A DNA stretch of 42,423 nucleotides from a virus (taxonomy: Duplodnaviria > Caudoviricetes). The notes beneath the pieces were generated by a model. The model made no database searches and was not told the origin of the DNA. It was given only the letters and a program-made list of their open reading frames with translations. Both the position numbers and the translations under genes were made by a program. Below, piece by piece: positions 41,672 through 42,423 of this stretch. The DNA lies in IMG/VR virus record IMGVR_UViG_3300020044_006480, positions 1 through 42,423 of that record; one strand, 5' to 3'. Position 1 is the stretch's first letter; every line of letters begins with the position of its first letter.

Positions 41672-41920
41672 ATGGAAAACGAACTCCGCACCCACCTCGC
41701 TGCCTGCTTTGCCGCATACATGGCGGTCTCCAAGCAGAGCCCTTCAACGGTAGCCCAGGCCGCAGCTGGCGACTGGCGGTTCTTCGACCGCATCCAGTCC
41801 AGCAGCTTCACCGCCCGAAAGTACGACGCGGTGATGCAGTGGTTCTCGGCAAATTGGCCGAAGGATGCCGTCTGGCCGAAGGGCGTTGCTCGGCCTCGTA
41901 AGACGAGGGCCGCAGCATGA
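41672..41920 (+). CDS. cro: Cro-like repressor
   Basis: Small protein divergent from cI; STVAQAAAGDWRFFDRI...WFSANWP...WP..V.RP. Confidence 0.75.
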   Translation: MENELRTHLAACFAAYMAVSKQSPSTVAQAAAGDWRFFDRIQSSSFTARKYDAVMQWFSANWPKDAVWPKGVARPRKTRAAA

Positions 41921-42423
41921 AGCGCGGTCGAAAGCTTATCACGAAATTTGACACCGAGATCCGTCAGTGGAGATCTGAGGGCCGGACCATCAAGGAAATT
42001 GCGGGCTACACCGGACTTTCCACGGCCACGGTAGTAAATATTTGCAGGCGAATACCCGCGCCTCTCTGCAAGCCGGCAGGGCCGTTTGATGCCACTTTCG
42101 ACAAGGTGGTCGTCCGCATGGCTAGCGACGGGGTGAATTGCGGAGAGATTGCCGCACGCCTCAAGGTCGATCGTCAGACGGTAAAGAAGTCCGCGAAACG
42201 ACTGGGCGTTTTCCTTGTAGACGGTAGGAGCGCCCGTCTCGGTCAATACGACAAGGCGCGAGCTGAAGAATTCGGTCGTTTGTACACGTCGGGGCAGACG
42301 CTCCAGCAGATCGGCGAGAAATTCGGGATCAGCCGCGAGCGGGTTCGCCAAGTTCTTCGCGCTCGTACAAACATCCTTGCCGGTGAAGGTGGCGGCGCTC
42401 TGGTGGCTAGACGCAAGAGGCAG
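41917..42423 (+). CDS. 5' part (three HTH units) of the junction-spanning HTH-HNH-AP2 protein; continues to 757
   Basis: Hand translation MKRGRKL...TIKEIAGYTGLSTATV...CGEIAARLKVDRQTV...TLQQIGEKFGISRERVRQ (sigma70 region 4-like); absent from the ORF track. Confidence 0.85.
   Translation, partial: MKRGRKLITKFDTEIRQWRSEGRTIKEIAGYTGLSTATVVNICRRIPAPLCKPAGPFDATFDKVVVRMASDGVNCGEIAARLKVDRQTVKKSAKRLGVFLVDGRSARLGQYDKARAEEFGRLYTSGQTLQQIGEKFGISRERVRQVLRARTNILAGEGGGALVARRKRQ
42303..42423 (+). repeat. Terminal overlap copy 2
   Basis: Identical to 1-121. Confidence 0.97.

Larger units (their letters stand above)
1..42423. mobile_element. Complete temperate tailed phage genome (podovirus-like, lambdoid/P22-like organisation), probable alphaproteobacterial host
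   Basis: Circular overlap at the ends; full set of packaging, head, ejection, lysis, integrase, cI/cro, recombination and replication genes; no host housekeeping genes. Confidence 0.95.

Noticed and set aside
41548-42351. 267-aa minus-strand ORF across cro and the operators
   Set aside because: Antisense to cro and to the junction-spanning gene, both of which have clear motifs
42303-42423. 121-bp terminal repeat as a biological direct terminal repeat
   Set aside because: It falls mid-gene far from the terminase region and is best explained as assembler overlap of a circular or permuted genome

Overview
The window is an apparently complete circular genome (42,302 bp; bases 42303-42423 repeat bases 1-121) of a temperate, high-GC phage with a lambdoid/P22-like layout and podovirus-type virion genes (no tape measure; three large ejection proteins). 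The host is probably an alphaproteobacterium (inferred from a GTTC-N7-GTTC LexA box, a GapR-like DUF2312 gene and a cuckoo-type sRNA). Modules: (1) cI/cro switch with GTCGG-N6-CCGAC operators; (2) rightward early operon with an HTH-HNH-AP2 protein, CII-like protein, RusA, GapR-like protein, minimal DnaT-like initiator, loader-like protein, DnaA-C HTH protein, SSB-like and Q-like proteins; (3) terminase, portal, scaffold, capsid, tail and ejection genes; (4) exclusion-like morons; (5) fibres; (6) lysis; (7) attP/int/xis; (8) leftward early operon with ERF, lambda exonuclease, NinB, HNH, Lar and modular accessory proteins. The most unusual signals are: a ~210-270 nt strand-specific structured non-coding element in the immunity region behind an operator-overlapped promoter; a lysis cassette with no recognisable spanin, in which a phospholipase A2-like domain is in frame with a GH19 endolysin carrying two C-terminal TM helices; a gene overprinted inside the scaffold gene; a phage-borne anti-Shine-Dalgarno (cuckoo-like) RNA; and an SOS-box operon convergent on cI. 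All family assignments were made by eye from motifs; no searches or folding programs were run.
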